A stretch of 64,000 nt of DNA from Methanomassiliicoccaceae archaeon (lineage in GTDB: Archaea; Thermoplasmatota; Thermoplasmata; Methanomassiliicoccales; Methanomethylophilaceae). Positions 56,578-64,000 of the stretch are shown piece after piece. Numbering within the stretch: position 1 is the first letter of the stretch; every line of letters starts with the position of its first letter. Location: assembly GCA_009778575.1 (NCBI GenBank), contig WRJJ01000002.1, positions 1,821-65,820 on the forward strand, given 5' to 3'. Position numbers and translations under genes: made by a program. The notes beneath the pieces were generated by a model that had not been told where the DNA came from, searched no databases, and saw only the letters and a list, made by a program, of their open reading frames with translations.

Positions 56578-57514
56578 GGTCCTGATGTACGACGGCGGCG
56601 TGTACAGGTCGGAGGAGCTCTTCGAGCTGGTGGAGGATATGGGAGGGACCATAATCCAAAAGACGAGAAGCTCGCAGATACTGACGGTGACAATGTCGAT
56701 CCCGGAAGAGGATAAAACGGCGATCATCGATTTCTGCAAGGAGATAGGCGGCGAAGTAAAGTCCGTTCCCCTTGCCGGGACCGAGATAGCGGTGGTGGGC
56801 CCCACCCTCGGAAGACACCATATGCCGCACCCCATTTGCGACATCGCCGAGCACCTCAGGAGGCAGGGCGCGATAACAGTGGTCATGGGATTGGCAAGAG
56901 GGAGGGGAAAGCTGACATCCCAGATAAGTCTGGAAGAGAAGATGATAATCGACGAGTACGATGCGGCGATATTCTCCCTCGGCAACTTCAAGCCCTGCGT
57001 GGAGGCGAAAGCGGACCTTTTCAGCGACATCAAAGTGCCGGTCGTTCTGGTGTCCGGCCCCATGCCGGAAGGGGCGGAGGACAAGTGCGAGGCGATCGTG
57101 GCCGGGGTGGGAAGAAAAGCTTCCAGGATGAGGACGCCCCCGGAAAGAGAGAAATTGGACGAGATGGTCGACAAAGTGGGAAAGGTGCTGAACGATAAGA
57201 AAGCGCTGTTGGAAGAGGACCCTCTTTTCGTGCACCCGGCAGAGATAAAACAGCTTCTGGAAGAATACGAGCCTGTCAATATGTGTCTCAGGCCGGCGCC
57301 GGTGGTCCTGCACTTGGACGGTCTGAGGGTCAAGGTAGGATACCAGGAACACCATGAGGCCATAGAGAACATGGAGATATACGGCCGCAAGATAGGGGAG
57401 ATATGCAGGCTCTCTCCGTCCAAAATAAACGACAGCAGCATAATCGTAAGGATCAAGACGCGGTCGGAGGTCCTCCAGGAAGTACCGGGCAGAGAAGGTG
57501 CGGATGATACGTAA
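56570..57514 (+). CDS. methanogenesis marker protein 7
   Basis: 314 aa with PLAGTEIAVVGPTLGRHHMPHPICDIAEHLRRQGA, as I recall for marker 7. Confidence 0.68.
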   Translation: MFEVLMYDGGVYRSEELFELVEDMGGTIIQKTRSSQILTVTMSIPEEDKTAIIDFCKEIGGEVKSVPLAGTEIAVVGPTLGRHHMPHPICDIAEHLRRQGAITVVMGLARGRGKLTSQISLEEKMIIDEYDAAIFSLGNFKPCVEAKADLFSDIKVPVVLVSGPMPEGAEDKCEAIVAGVGRKASRMRTPPEREKLDEMVDKVGKVLNDKKALLEEDPLFVHPAEIKQLLEEYEPVNMCLRPAPVVLHLDGLRVKVGYQEHHEAIENMEIYGRKIGEICRLSPSKINDSSIIVRIKTRSEVLQEVPGREGADDT

Positions 57515-57911
57515 AGGGACGTACATCCTGATCCTCGATATGCCGGCCGCGGAAATGAAAATAGGGTCCTTGGGAACCGTGGATGTCCGAGAAGGAACAT
57601 ATTGCTACGTGGGCAGCGCCATGAACGGCCTCGACCAGAGGATAAGCAGACACCTCTCCAAAGAAAAAAAGATACGCTGGCACATAGATCATCTGACGAT
57701 CGGGTGCATAAGTGCGGAAGCATTCGAGTCCACGCGGTCCGGCATGACGGAGTGCGATCTCGGAAGAGCGGCGGAGGAGTGCGGAGGCACGCCCGTCTTA
57801 AACGGATTCGGCTGCTCGGACTGCAGATGCAAGACCCACTTATTCCTTTTGGAAGGGGGCGCAAAGGAACGGCTCTGCTCCCGCCCTTTTTTTGCGCCGT
57901 ATACCCAATGA
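57504..57911 (+). CDS. GIY-YIG-like nuclease-family protein (DUF123 / COG1833 type)
   Basis: About 135 aa with GTYILILDM...GTYCYVGSAMNGLDQRISRHL...RWHIDHL and a C-terminal Cys cluster (GFGCSDCRC). The ATG at 57504, after GAAGGTG, overlaps the last codons of marker 7. Confidence 0.65.
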   Translation: MIRKGTYILILDMPAAEMKIGSLGTVDVREGTYCYVGSAMNGLDQRISRHLSKEKKIRWHIDHLTIGCISAEAFESTRSGMTECDLGRAAEECGGTPVLNGFGCSDCRCKTHLFLLEGGAKERLCSRPFFAPYTQ

Positions 57912-58023
57912 TGGGTCCGCCGGCTATGTCTGGCAGACACAGCCATCTGCACAACCCTTATAACATATAAATCGCTACACGCCCTTAATTAACAGGCGCG
58001 CTTTTAAGGCACGGAGGCAAGTC

Positions 58024-60747
58024 ATGAATTCATCGAGTGAGAACAAACCGGAAGCGGTCGCAGTCGTCATTGAAGCAATCAGGACAGCGATCGGAAGTGA
58101 GAAGGTCAAGATATGCGAGGGCGGATGCGAGGGCGCAGAAGTGTGCGTCGCGGCAGGCAGCGCAGCGGATGTCTCCAAAGTGATCGCCATAGCGAGAAAG
58201 AACAAGGTCAAGGTCATTTCCAGCAACAATCCTCAATGGGCAACGGATGGGACAAGGTACACTGACGGAGGTGTGCTCATAGACCTTTCGAAGATCAACA
58301 ACATCGTAAAGATCGACCCGGTGGCAATGTCCGTAAGGGTCGGGGCCGGATGCGTATTCAAGGACCTGATCGAGGCATGTTCCAAAGAAGGGTTCACACT
58401 CGGCTCATATCCCTTTGACAGGTCCTCCACGGTAGGGTCATGGGTCACATCAAGCGGCATAGGCTATGGCACGTACAAATACGGCAATTCAAAAGACAAC
58501 GTCATCAACATACAAGCCGTGACGGAGGATGCATCCCTCATTGAGACGGGATACGACGAAATAGGCTACTACATGTCCGGATACAACCTCACGCAGATGT
58601 TCTCCGGGTCCGAGGGGACCCTGGGGGTCGTGACGGAGGCCACGCTTAAACTGGTTCCCAAAGGCATCAACAGGATATCCCCGTATCAGTTCGCTTCAAT
58701 CGAGAAGATGCAGGAAGCGATAACAAAGATCGTTCAGCACCCCAGCATAAAGCCGCGCGAGATAGTATGGTGCGGAAAGAACAAGACCGTCACCTTTGTA
58801 CTGGACGGCGCCCCCGGAAGTGTGGATCTGGAAGAGAAATCCATCGAAGCGATCATGGAAAGCATCGAGGCGGGAAAAGTGGAAAAGAAGGTCGCATGCA
58901 AGGTCTGCGAGGCAGTATGCAAGCCAATGACCCTCAAGGCGGCCAAAGCAATAGTCCCCGTCAAAAAATTGAAGGACATGGCCGCGGAATGCGACGAGCT
59001 CGTATACGGCACCATAGCAGACCGCAGCACAGCCTACGTGATCTCATTAAAAGAAAGCGACGGAGCCATCGCCGAGAAGGCGGCAAAGTTCGGAGGAATG
59101 GCATTGGGAGCCGATCCGTTCAAATGGACGCCCTCTTCGCAGACAGAGAAAGATGATAAGGACCTCAAGAGGGAGGTCACCCCGGAAATAATCTCTGCGC
59201 TGGAGGAAGCCATCGGAAAGAGCAACGTAACAGCCAACGGAATGGACCTCCTGCTTTACAGCAAGGACATGGCGCCGCTGCCCAAAGAGGCAGGGATAGC
59301 GTTCAAGAATATTCCCGACGTGGTCGTCAGGCCGTCGACAATGGCACAGATATCCGAGGTAGTAAAGATAGCCCGCAAGAGCGGGATACCGGTGGTACCA
59401 AGAGGCAACTCCTCTTGGGGGTTGGGCGGATGCATGCCGACAAATTCGGGGATAGTGGTGGATCTCTCGTCAAAAATGAACAAGATCTACGAGATCAACG
59501 CCGAAGAACTCTACGTGAAAGCAGGCGCGGGATGCACCTGGAAAGAGGTACTGGAAGCCTGCATGAAGAAAGGATACATCATCGGGTCATATCCGTCAAG
59601 TTTCCCCTCGGCAACGCTGGGGGCGTGGATCGCCACCAACGGTATGGGCATAGGCTCATACAAGTACGGGGCGGCAAAGGACAACATACTGAACATGGAG
59701 GTCGTCCTCTCAGACGGAACGATACTCGAAACAGGCAGCAACAGCATGGGATCGTACGGGACGGGATACAACCTGAATCAGGTATTCTCGGGTTCCGAGG
59801 GAACGCTGTGCGTCTTCGGAACGGTCACATTCAGAATATATCCCATGGGCGTCATCAGGCCGACCGCATATTGCTATGAAACTCTGAAAGACATGCACGA
59901 GACGATACAGAAGATCGTGAACCACCCAAGCATAAGGCCGCTCCATGTGGCATTCTCGGACGAGCGCCACTTCAAGAACCAGAAAAAAGCAGGCATGCAT
60001 GCACCTGATGTGAAGAACCTTCTGCTCATCACCATGCAGGGCGATAAGGACTTCGTAGAGAGGGACATCGCCGAGCTGGATGCGATCGCATCGGAACTGG
60101 GAGGAAAGAGGATCGACGACGCTATCGCCGAGCACGAGTGGGAAGAGAGGTGCTACGAGTTCAGGGCGAGGAGAGTCGGAGTGGGGGAGATCCCCGCAGA
60201 GGTCATCGTCCCCGTTTCCCAATGGGGCCCCTTCACGAACGAGTGCAACATCGGCTTCAGAAAAATGAAAATGGAAGCCGGCGGGATAATCGGGGTCATC
60301 GTGGACCGCAACACATCGCTGTTCATGCCGTACTACTTCAAGGACGATGAGTCCCTGCTGGGTATGACGGCCTTTGCGTTCAACTTCTATCTCGGCGACA
60401 GGGCCGTCCTCTACGGGGGCAGGACCACCGGGTTCGGAGTGTTCTTCGCATGGAATCTGGACAATGTCCACGACGCCTCCACCGTAGAATACATGAGGGA
60501 GATGAAGACCAAGCTCGATCCGCGCGATGTGATCAACCCGGGACATCTCGTATGCGGTACCACAAGGTTCGGCATAAAGATGAACAAGCAGCTCATGGGC
60601 ATCGGAAGCGCGCTCATGCAAACGGTAAAGAAGCTCCTGCCTGCAAACACTACTTTTGCGGACAACAAGAAAAGGTTCAGATACAATGAGCTGGAGCACC
60701 GCAAAGAGGCGGACAGGACCCACACGCTTGGCGACGGTACTCAATAA
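58024..60747 (+). CDS. FAD-linked oxidase with duplicated PCMH-type FAD-binding domain (GlcD / D-lactate dehydrogenase / alkyl-DHAP-synthase-like)
   Basis: 907 aa. There are two homologous modules: GAGCVFKDLIEACSKEGFTLGSYP...YNLTQMFSGSEGTLGVVTEATLKLVPKG and GAGCTWKEVLEACMKKGYIIGSYP...YNLNQVFSGSEGTLCVFGTVTFRIYPMG. Only the second has the VPRGNSS loop and a long C-terminal substrate domain. Confidence 0.78.
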   Translation: MNSSSENKPEAVAVVIEAIRTAIGSEKVKICEGGCEGAEVCVAAGSAADVSKVIAIARKNKVKVISSNNPQWATDGTRYTDGGVLIDLSKINNIVKIDPVAMSVRVGAGCVFKDLIEACSKEGFTLGSYPFDRSSTVGSWVTSSGIGYGTYKYGNSKDNVINIQAVTEDASLIETGYDEIGYYMSGYNLTQMFSGSEGTLGVVTEATLKLVPKGINRISPYQFASIEKMQEAITKIVQHPSIKPREIVWCGKNKTVTFVLDGAPGSVDLEEKSIEAIMESIEAGKVEKKVACKVCEAVCKPMTLKAAKAIVPVKKLKDMAAECDELVYGTIADRSTAYVISLKESDGAIAEKAAKFGGMALGADPFKWTPSSQTEKDDKDLKREVTPEIISALEEAIGKSNVTANGMDLLLYSKDMAPLPKEAGIAFKNIPDVVVRPSTMAQISEVVKIARKSGIPVVPRGNSSWGLGGCMPTNSGIVVDLSSKMNKIYEINAEELYVKAGAGCTWKEVLEACMKKGYIIGSYPSSFPSATLGAWIATNGMGIGSYKYGAAKDNILNMEVVLSDGTILETGSNSMGSYGTGYNLNQVFSGSEGTLCVFGTVTFRIYPMGVIRPTAYCYETLKDMHETIQKIVNHPSIRPLHVAFSDERHFKNQKKAGMHAPDVKNLLLITMQGDKDFVERDIAELDAIASELGGKRIDDAIAEHEWEERCYEFRARRVGVGEIPAEVIVPVSQWGPFTNECNIGFRKMKMEAGGIIGVIVDRNTSLFMPYYFKDDESLLGMTAFAFNFYLGDRAVLYGGRTTGFGVFFAWNLDNVHDASTVEYMREMKTKLDPRDVINPGHLVCGTTRFGIKMNKQLMGIGSALMQTVKKLLPANTTFADNKKRFRYNELEHRKEADRTHTLGDGTQ

Positions 60748-60767
60748 ACCCCTTTTTAAATCCTCTT

Positions 60768-61466
60768 TTATTCTATCATTTTGATGAGAGAGGCAACGCC
60801 CTCTATGATCTGGATGTCCGGATCCGCCGCTTTCCAGTCCTCAAGGCGGTATCCTCCGGTCAGCACCCCATAGAACCCGGCCCCGGAGTCCCTTGCCGTA
60901 AGCCAATCTATCTTGTGATCGCCGATGAAGAGTATCTCTTCGGGCTTTAATCCCAAAAGGCCTCCGAGATTGACCATGGCCTTGGGAGAAGGCTTCGCCT
61001 CCTCTTCCGGGAAATCGTCTCTGCCCACTACAGCATCGAACAATTCGATCACATTGCTTCTTCTGAGGATGAATTCGGCATACGTGTGCCCTCCCCTCGT
61101 AAGGATGCCGGTCTTGTATCCTTTCTTTCTGAGCAGTTTCACTGTATCCACCGCGCCGTCAAATGGTTTGGAGATACCTGCGTATTCCATTTCCACGGTG
61201 GTCGAACGGCCAGAGACGCGTCCGCGCAAAGAACGGGCTTCCTCCCCTCTGCCGTTTCTCATCAGCCACTCTGTTCCGCTTTCCAGTTCGCCACGGGCCC
61301 CCTCGGACCTGTCGATCGCATATTCAGGAACGCCGAACTCTATGAGCTCATCATAAACCACATTGGCCAGCTTGACAAAGTCGATCTTCGTGCGCATGAA
61401 TGTCCCATCCATGTCGAAACATACCGCTTTGTATCTTGGGTCCAATGCCATGAAGATGTATTGCAA
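60768..61466 (-). CDS. HAD-superfamily hydrolase
   Basis: 232 aa with motif I CFDMDGTF and motif IV FIGDHKIDWLTARDSG. Confidence 0.82.
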   Translation of the reverse strand: MQYIFMALDPRYKAVCFDMDGTFMRTKIDFVKLANVVYDELIEFGVPEYAIDRSEGARGELESGTEWLMRNGRGEEARSLRGRVSGRSTTVEMEYAGISKPFDGAVDTVKLLRKKGYKTGILTRGGHTYAEFILRRSNVIELFDAVVGRDDFPEEEAKPSPKAMVNLGGLLGLKPEEILFIGDHKIDWLTARDSGAGFYGVLTGGYRLEDWKAADPDIQIIEGVASLIKMIE

Positions 61467-61546
61467 TGTTTTTAATTAACTTTAGGATAAAAGCACAATC
61501 ACTGTGGGAATCATCCCACCGTTTGAAAAGAAAATAAATAAGGGAT

Positions 61547-61574
61547 GCCGGACGGGAACCGTCCGGCGTTTTTT
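61547..61574. terminator. bidirectional hairpin terminator (9-bp stem GCCGGACGG-GAA-CCGTCCGGC with flanking T/A tracts)
   Basis: The perfect stem spans 61547-61567 and is followed by GTTTTTT on the plus strand. On the minus strand it is followed by a T-rich run, just after the stop of the 61599 gene. A second 6-bp hairpin, GTGGGA-ATCA-TCCCAC, lies at 61504-61519. Confidence 0.65.
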
Positions 61575-61598
61575 CTGTTCCGGCGTGTGTTGCGTTAC

Positions 61599-64000
61599 TT
61601 AGGACCTTCCGTTCATCTCCCTTTCACGGTCGAAAGCCAGACGCGCACCTACGATGCCGAGTATGAGGATGATCGCATTGGCGATGGTCCAATAGTCCAC
61701 ATACTTCATGGGGGCGCTCATGTCCTCGGTGAGAATGAAGAGAATTATTCCCGCAACTCCCGCAGCAATGGCAACAAGCAGCCACAACCTGTTGGTCTTC
61801 CTTTCCTTCTTGTCCTTACGGACAGAGGCATAGGCCAGTGAGAATATGGCAACAATTCCTCCAATGGCGCAGAGTATGAGGTTGAATAACGACCATCCGT
61901 CGCCTGATTTACCGGAAAGAGTACCGCCTATACTTCCGCCTGCGATCCAGTTGGCAGTGACGACAACGTCATCGGCCGGCATGGTAAAGGTGGCAACCGG
62001 ACTGATTGGATCAGACAGAGTAACGCCGCCTGAGACCACTGTCCAGCCTGCGAAGGTGTAGCCTTCTCTAACGCCCCCATCGATGGTCACGATCACACCA
62101 GGCTTGTAGGTTCCCGTTCCCGGGAAATCGGCAAAACTGTCGTTCACGGTAACGATGTGGCCATCTTTGTAAAAGAAGATGATCTCATTACCGTGAGCCG
62201 CCAGGACAATGCTCTTCGTCACAGGATCGAGGGCAGTGTATCCGGAGACCGTCACGGCATTCTCTGTTATGAAAGCACCAACAGTCTGGCCGGTAAGGAT
62301 CTTATCGGGTGAGACGCTGACAGTGGTTCCGTAAAGATAGTAGTGCACGATGTAGTTGGTCTTGGCAACCGGAAGTGAATCGGATATCCACTTTGCATAG
62401 AGGACATGGTCTCCCGTTTCTGTCACGAGGTCAGAGGAAGCGACAACGCCGCCTATGCATCCCGGATCAAGGTACCAACCGCCGAAGGTGTAGCCGGCAC
62501 GGGTTATGGTTGCCAGATCACCATAGGGCGCATTGAAGAAGACCGTCTTAGAAGCCGGGTCGGGCCCTATGACCGAAGTATCCGATGTGTTCTTGTCGAA
62601 GGTGACGTTGATAGGCGTTCCCGCCTCCCACTGCGCATAGAGCGTCAAGGCGCCTCCAACAACAGATGAAGCGGTATAGGCGGTACCTGCACCGTCCCTT
62701 GAAGTGTTCCAGCCGGTGAAATCATAGCCCGCCCACAAGGGATCGGACGGCATATTTGCACCAAAGGCTGTGCCCTTGCCCACAATAACGGTTGCTAAGA
62801 CCGTACTGTCGCTACCGTCATGGTTCTGCATGAAGGTCACCGGCACAAGCTCAGTGCCGTTGGTATAACTGATGTCGTAGTTGTTGTAGCCCTGAATAAA
62901 GGGAACGGTCCAATTAACGCAGCTGACGTGTGCGTTATATGTGCCCTTATCGGCATCGGCAATATCATACATCGAGCCTGCGCTGTTATCTGAGAACGTT
63001 ACGCCTGCTGCGATGTTGAGTATGTGGAGAAGGTCGTAATAGACCCAGACCCCGCCGCCGTTGAAATTGGCACTGTTGTTGGAGATCGTACCGCCGTTTA
63101 TTGCAAGGACATGGGGGGCAAGATTGTTATTGTAGATGCCGCCGCCGTTGTTTGCCTTGTTGTAAGAGATGGTACCTCCGGACATGGTGAAGGTGCTGTA
63201 TCTGCTATCATCGTTTCCCCAGTTGGCCACACCCCCGCCTTGGGCTGCCTCATTGCCTGAAATGACGGCACCGCCTGATATGTTGAAAGTACTGCTCTGC
63301 CAGTTCATCACCCCTCCGCCGTAGTAGTCTGCATTGTTTTCAACAATGGATCCGCCGGTCATTTCAAAGGTGATGTTGAGGTAGCTCGATACGCCCCCGC
63401 CATAGTATGCATGGTTGTTGGATATAGTGCCTCCCGACATGCTCAAAAGGCAGCTGTCAATGTTGCTTACCCCTCCACCATAGCCTTCGAGAGAAGTGTT
63501 GCCCGTAATGAGCGCAGTCCCCGAGATGTAGAATTCGGCTTTCGAGTATGCGTTGCTCACGCCCCCGCCGAATGTTTTCACAGAATTGCCTGAGATGGTG
63601 CCTCCCGACATATTGAAGACGGCGGATGCGAATGCTGAGCCGTTGTTATGCACCCCGCCGCCGTAGCCTACAGCAGTATTGTTGGAGATCTCAGCACTGC
63701 CGGACATATTGAAAGTGCGGTAGTTGAGTACGCCGCCGGCCTCATGGGCATCGTTATAAGAGATGGAACCGCCTGACATTTCGAACAGATTGCTGTTAGA
63801 AACGCCTCCGCCGCCTCTGGCTTTGTTGTAGGAGATCTCGCCGCCTGTCATGTTGAATACAGCGTTGGAATTTGCGTTCTGCACGCCTCCGCCGTCGGAA
63901 TTGGCGACATTGGCACCGGCAGCGCTGCCGCCGATAGTGCCGCCTGACATGTTGAAAGTGCTGAGATTGTAGACACCGGCGGCGTTAGTAGCCGTGTTGC
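61599..64000 (-). CDS. adhesin-like surface protein (beta-helix repeats, Listeria-Bacteroides-type repeats, C-terminal TM helices); N-terminus outside the window
   Basis: The ORF-track Met at 63950 is internal. The frame stays open to base 64000 and continues the repeat (…NLSTFNMSGGTI…). Repeats are of the GGGVxNxxxxFNMSGGTISxN type, followed by YDFTGWNTSRDGAGTAY and YTFGGWYLDPG-type modules. There are three hydrophobic helices at the C-terminus. Confidence 0.8.
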   Translation of the reverse strand, partial: NTATNAAGVYNLSTFNMSGGTIGGSAAGANVANSDGGGVQNANSNAVFNMTGGEISYNKARGGGGVSNSNLFEMSGGSISYNDAHEAGGVLNYRTFNMSGSAEISNNTAVGYGGGVHNNGSAFASAVFNMSGGTISGNSVKTFGGGVSNAYSKAEFYISGTALITGNTSLEGYGGGVSNIDSCLLSMSGGTISNNHAYYGGGVSSYLNITFEMTGGSIVENNADYYGGGVMNWQSSTFNISGGAVISGNEAAQGGGVANWGNDDSRYSTFTMSGGTISYNKANNGGGIYNNNLAPHVLAINGGTISNNSANFNGGGVWVYYDLLHILNIAAGVTFSDNSAGSMYDIADADKGTYNAHVSCVNWTVPFIQGYNNYDISYTNGTELVPVTFMQNHDGSDSTVLATVIVGKGTAFGANMPSDPLWAGYDFTGWNTSRDGAGTAYTASSVVGGALTLYAQWEAGTPINVTFDKNTSDTSVIGPDPASKTVFFNAPYGDLATITRAGYTFGGWYLDPGCIGGVVASSDLVTETGDHVLYAKWISDSLPVAKTNYIVHYYLYGTTVSVSPDKILTGQTVGAFITENAVTVSGYTALDPVTKSIVLAAHGNEIIFFYKDGHIVTVNDSFADFPGTGTYKPGVIVTIDGGVREGYTFAGWTVVSGGVTLSDPISPVATFTMPADDVVVTANWIAGGSIGGTLSGKSGDGWSLFNLILCAIGGIVAIFSLAYASVRKDKKERKTNRLWLLVAIAAGVAGIILFILTEDMSAPMKYVDYWTIANAIILILGIVGARLAFDREREMNGRS

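Noticed and set aside
56176-57954. 592-aa ORF on the minus strand, and similar long antisense ORFs at 54885-56012, 59710-60744, 978-1892, 14625-15281, 37710-38327 and 50292-51077
   Set aside because: They lie entirely antisense to genes with strong family signatures (mmp17/mmp7, mmp15, FAD oxidase, mvk, mtxX-like, MT2, atwA). Their composition is Arg/Pro/Ser-rich and low-complexity. They are shadow ORFs typical of GC-biased coding regions.
1-64000. Mobile elements, prophage, rRNA and cas genes
   Set aside because: I scanned the ORF translations for transposase (DDE), integrase (tyrosine/serine recombinase), capsid/terminase and Cas signatures and found none. No rRNA-like conserved stretches were seen.

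Overview
This 64-kb chromosomal window comes from a methanogenic archaeon. It most resembles a Methanomassiliicoccales / Methanomethylophilaceae-type H2-dependent methylotroph. The supporting evidence is an mcrBDGA operon without mcrC, two MtaA/MtbA-type methyltransferases, several Listeria-Bacteroides-repeat and beta-helix adhesin-like proteins, and the absence of TAG stop codons in every gene called here. Gene density is high, with many 4-nt start/stop overlaps that define operons.

The main content is an roughly 20-kb methyl-coenzyme M reductase (MCR) supercluster at 37.3-57.9 kb. It contains an MT2 methyltransferase, a DUF169 protein, mcrB-D-G-A plus a small fifth gene, and a convergent ycaO (thioglycine) gene preceded by three uncharacterised genes. 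After an adhesin-like gene it continues with atwA(A2)-mcrC-mmp3-mmp6-mmp5-mmp15-mmp17-mmp7 and an overlapping GIY-YIG/DUF123 gene.

Housekeeping genes in the rest of the window:
- mvk, serS, RNase P Rpp21, L10e, dph2, rtcB, tRNA-His, msrA, argF, a RecJ-like gene and sepF
- a preQ0 operon (queD-queC-queE) coupled to an mtxX-like gene
- a NifX-like/Mrp pair

Accessory genes include a Fic protein, a TetR-led redox cluster and a DUF4143 ATPase.

The most unusual non-genic features are a perfect 13 x 23-bp tandem array upstream of the ATPase gene, a 478-bp highly structured divergent intergenic region, and an AT-rich partial Cys-rich ORF at the left edge. I found no rRNA, CRISPR array, transposase or integrase.
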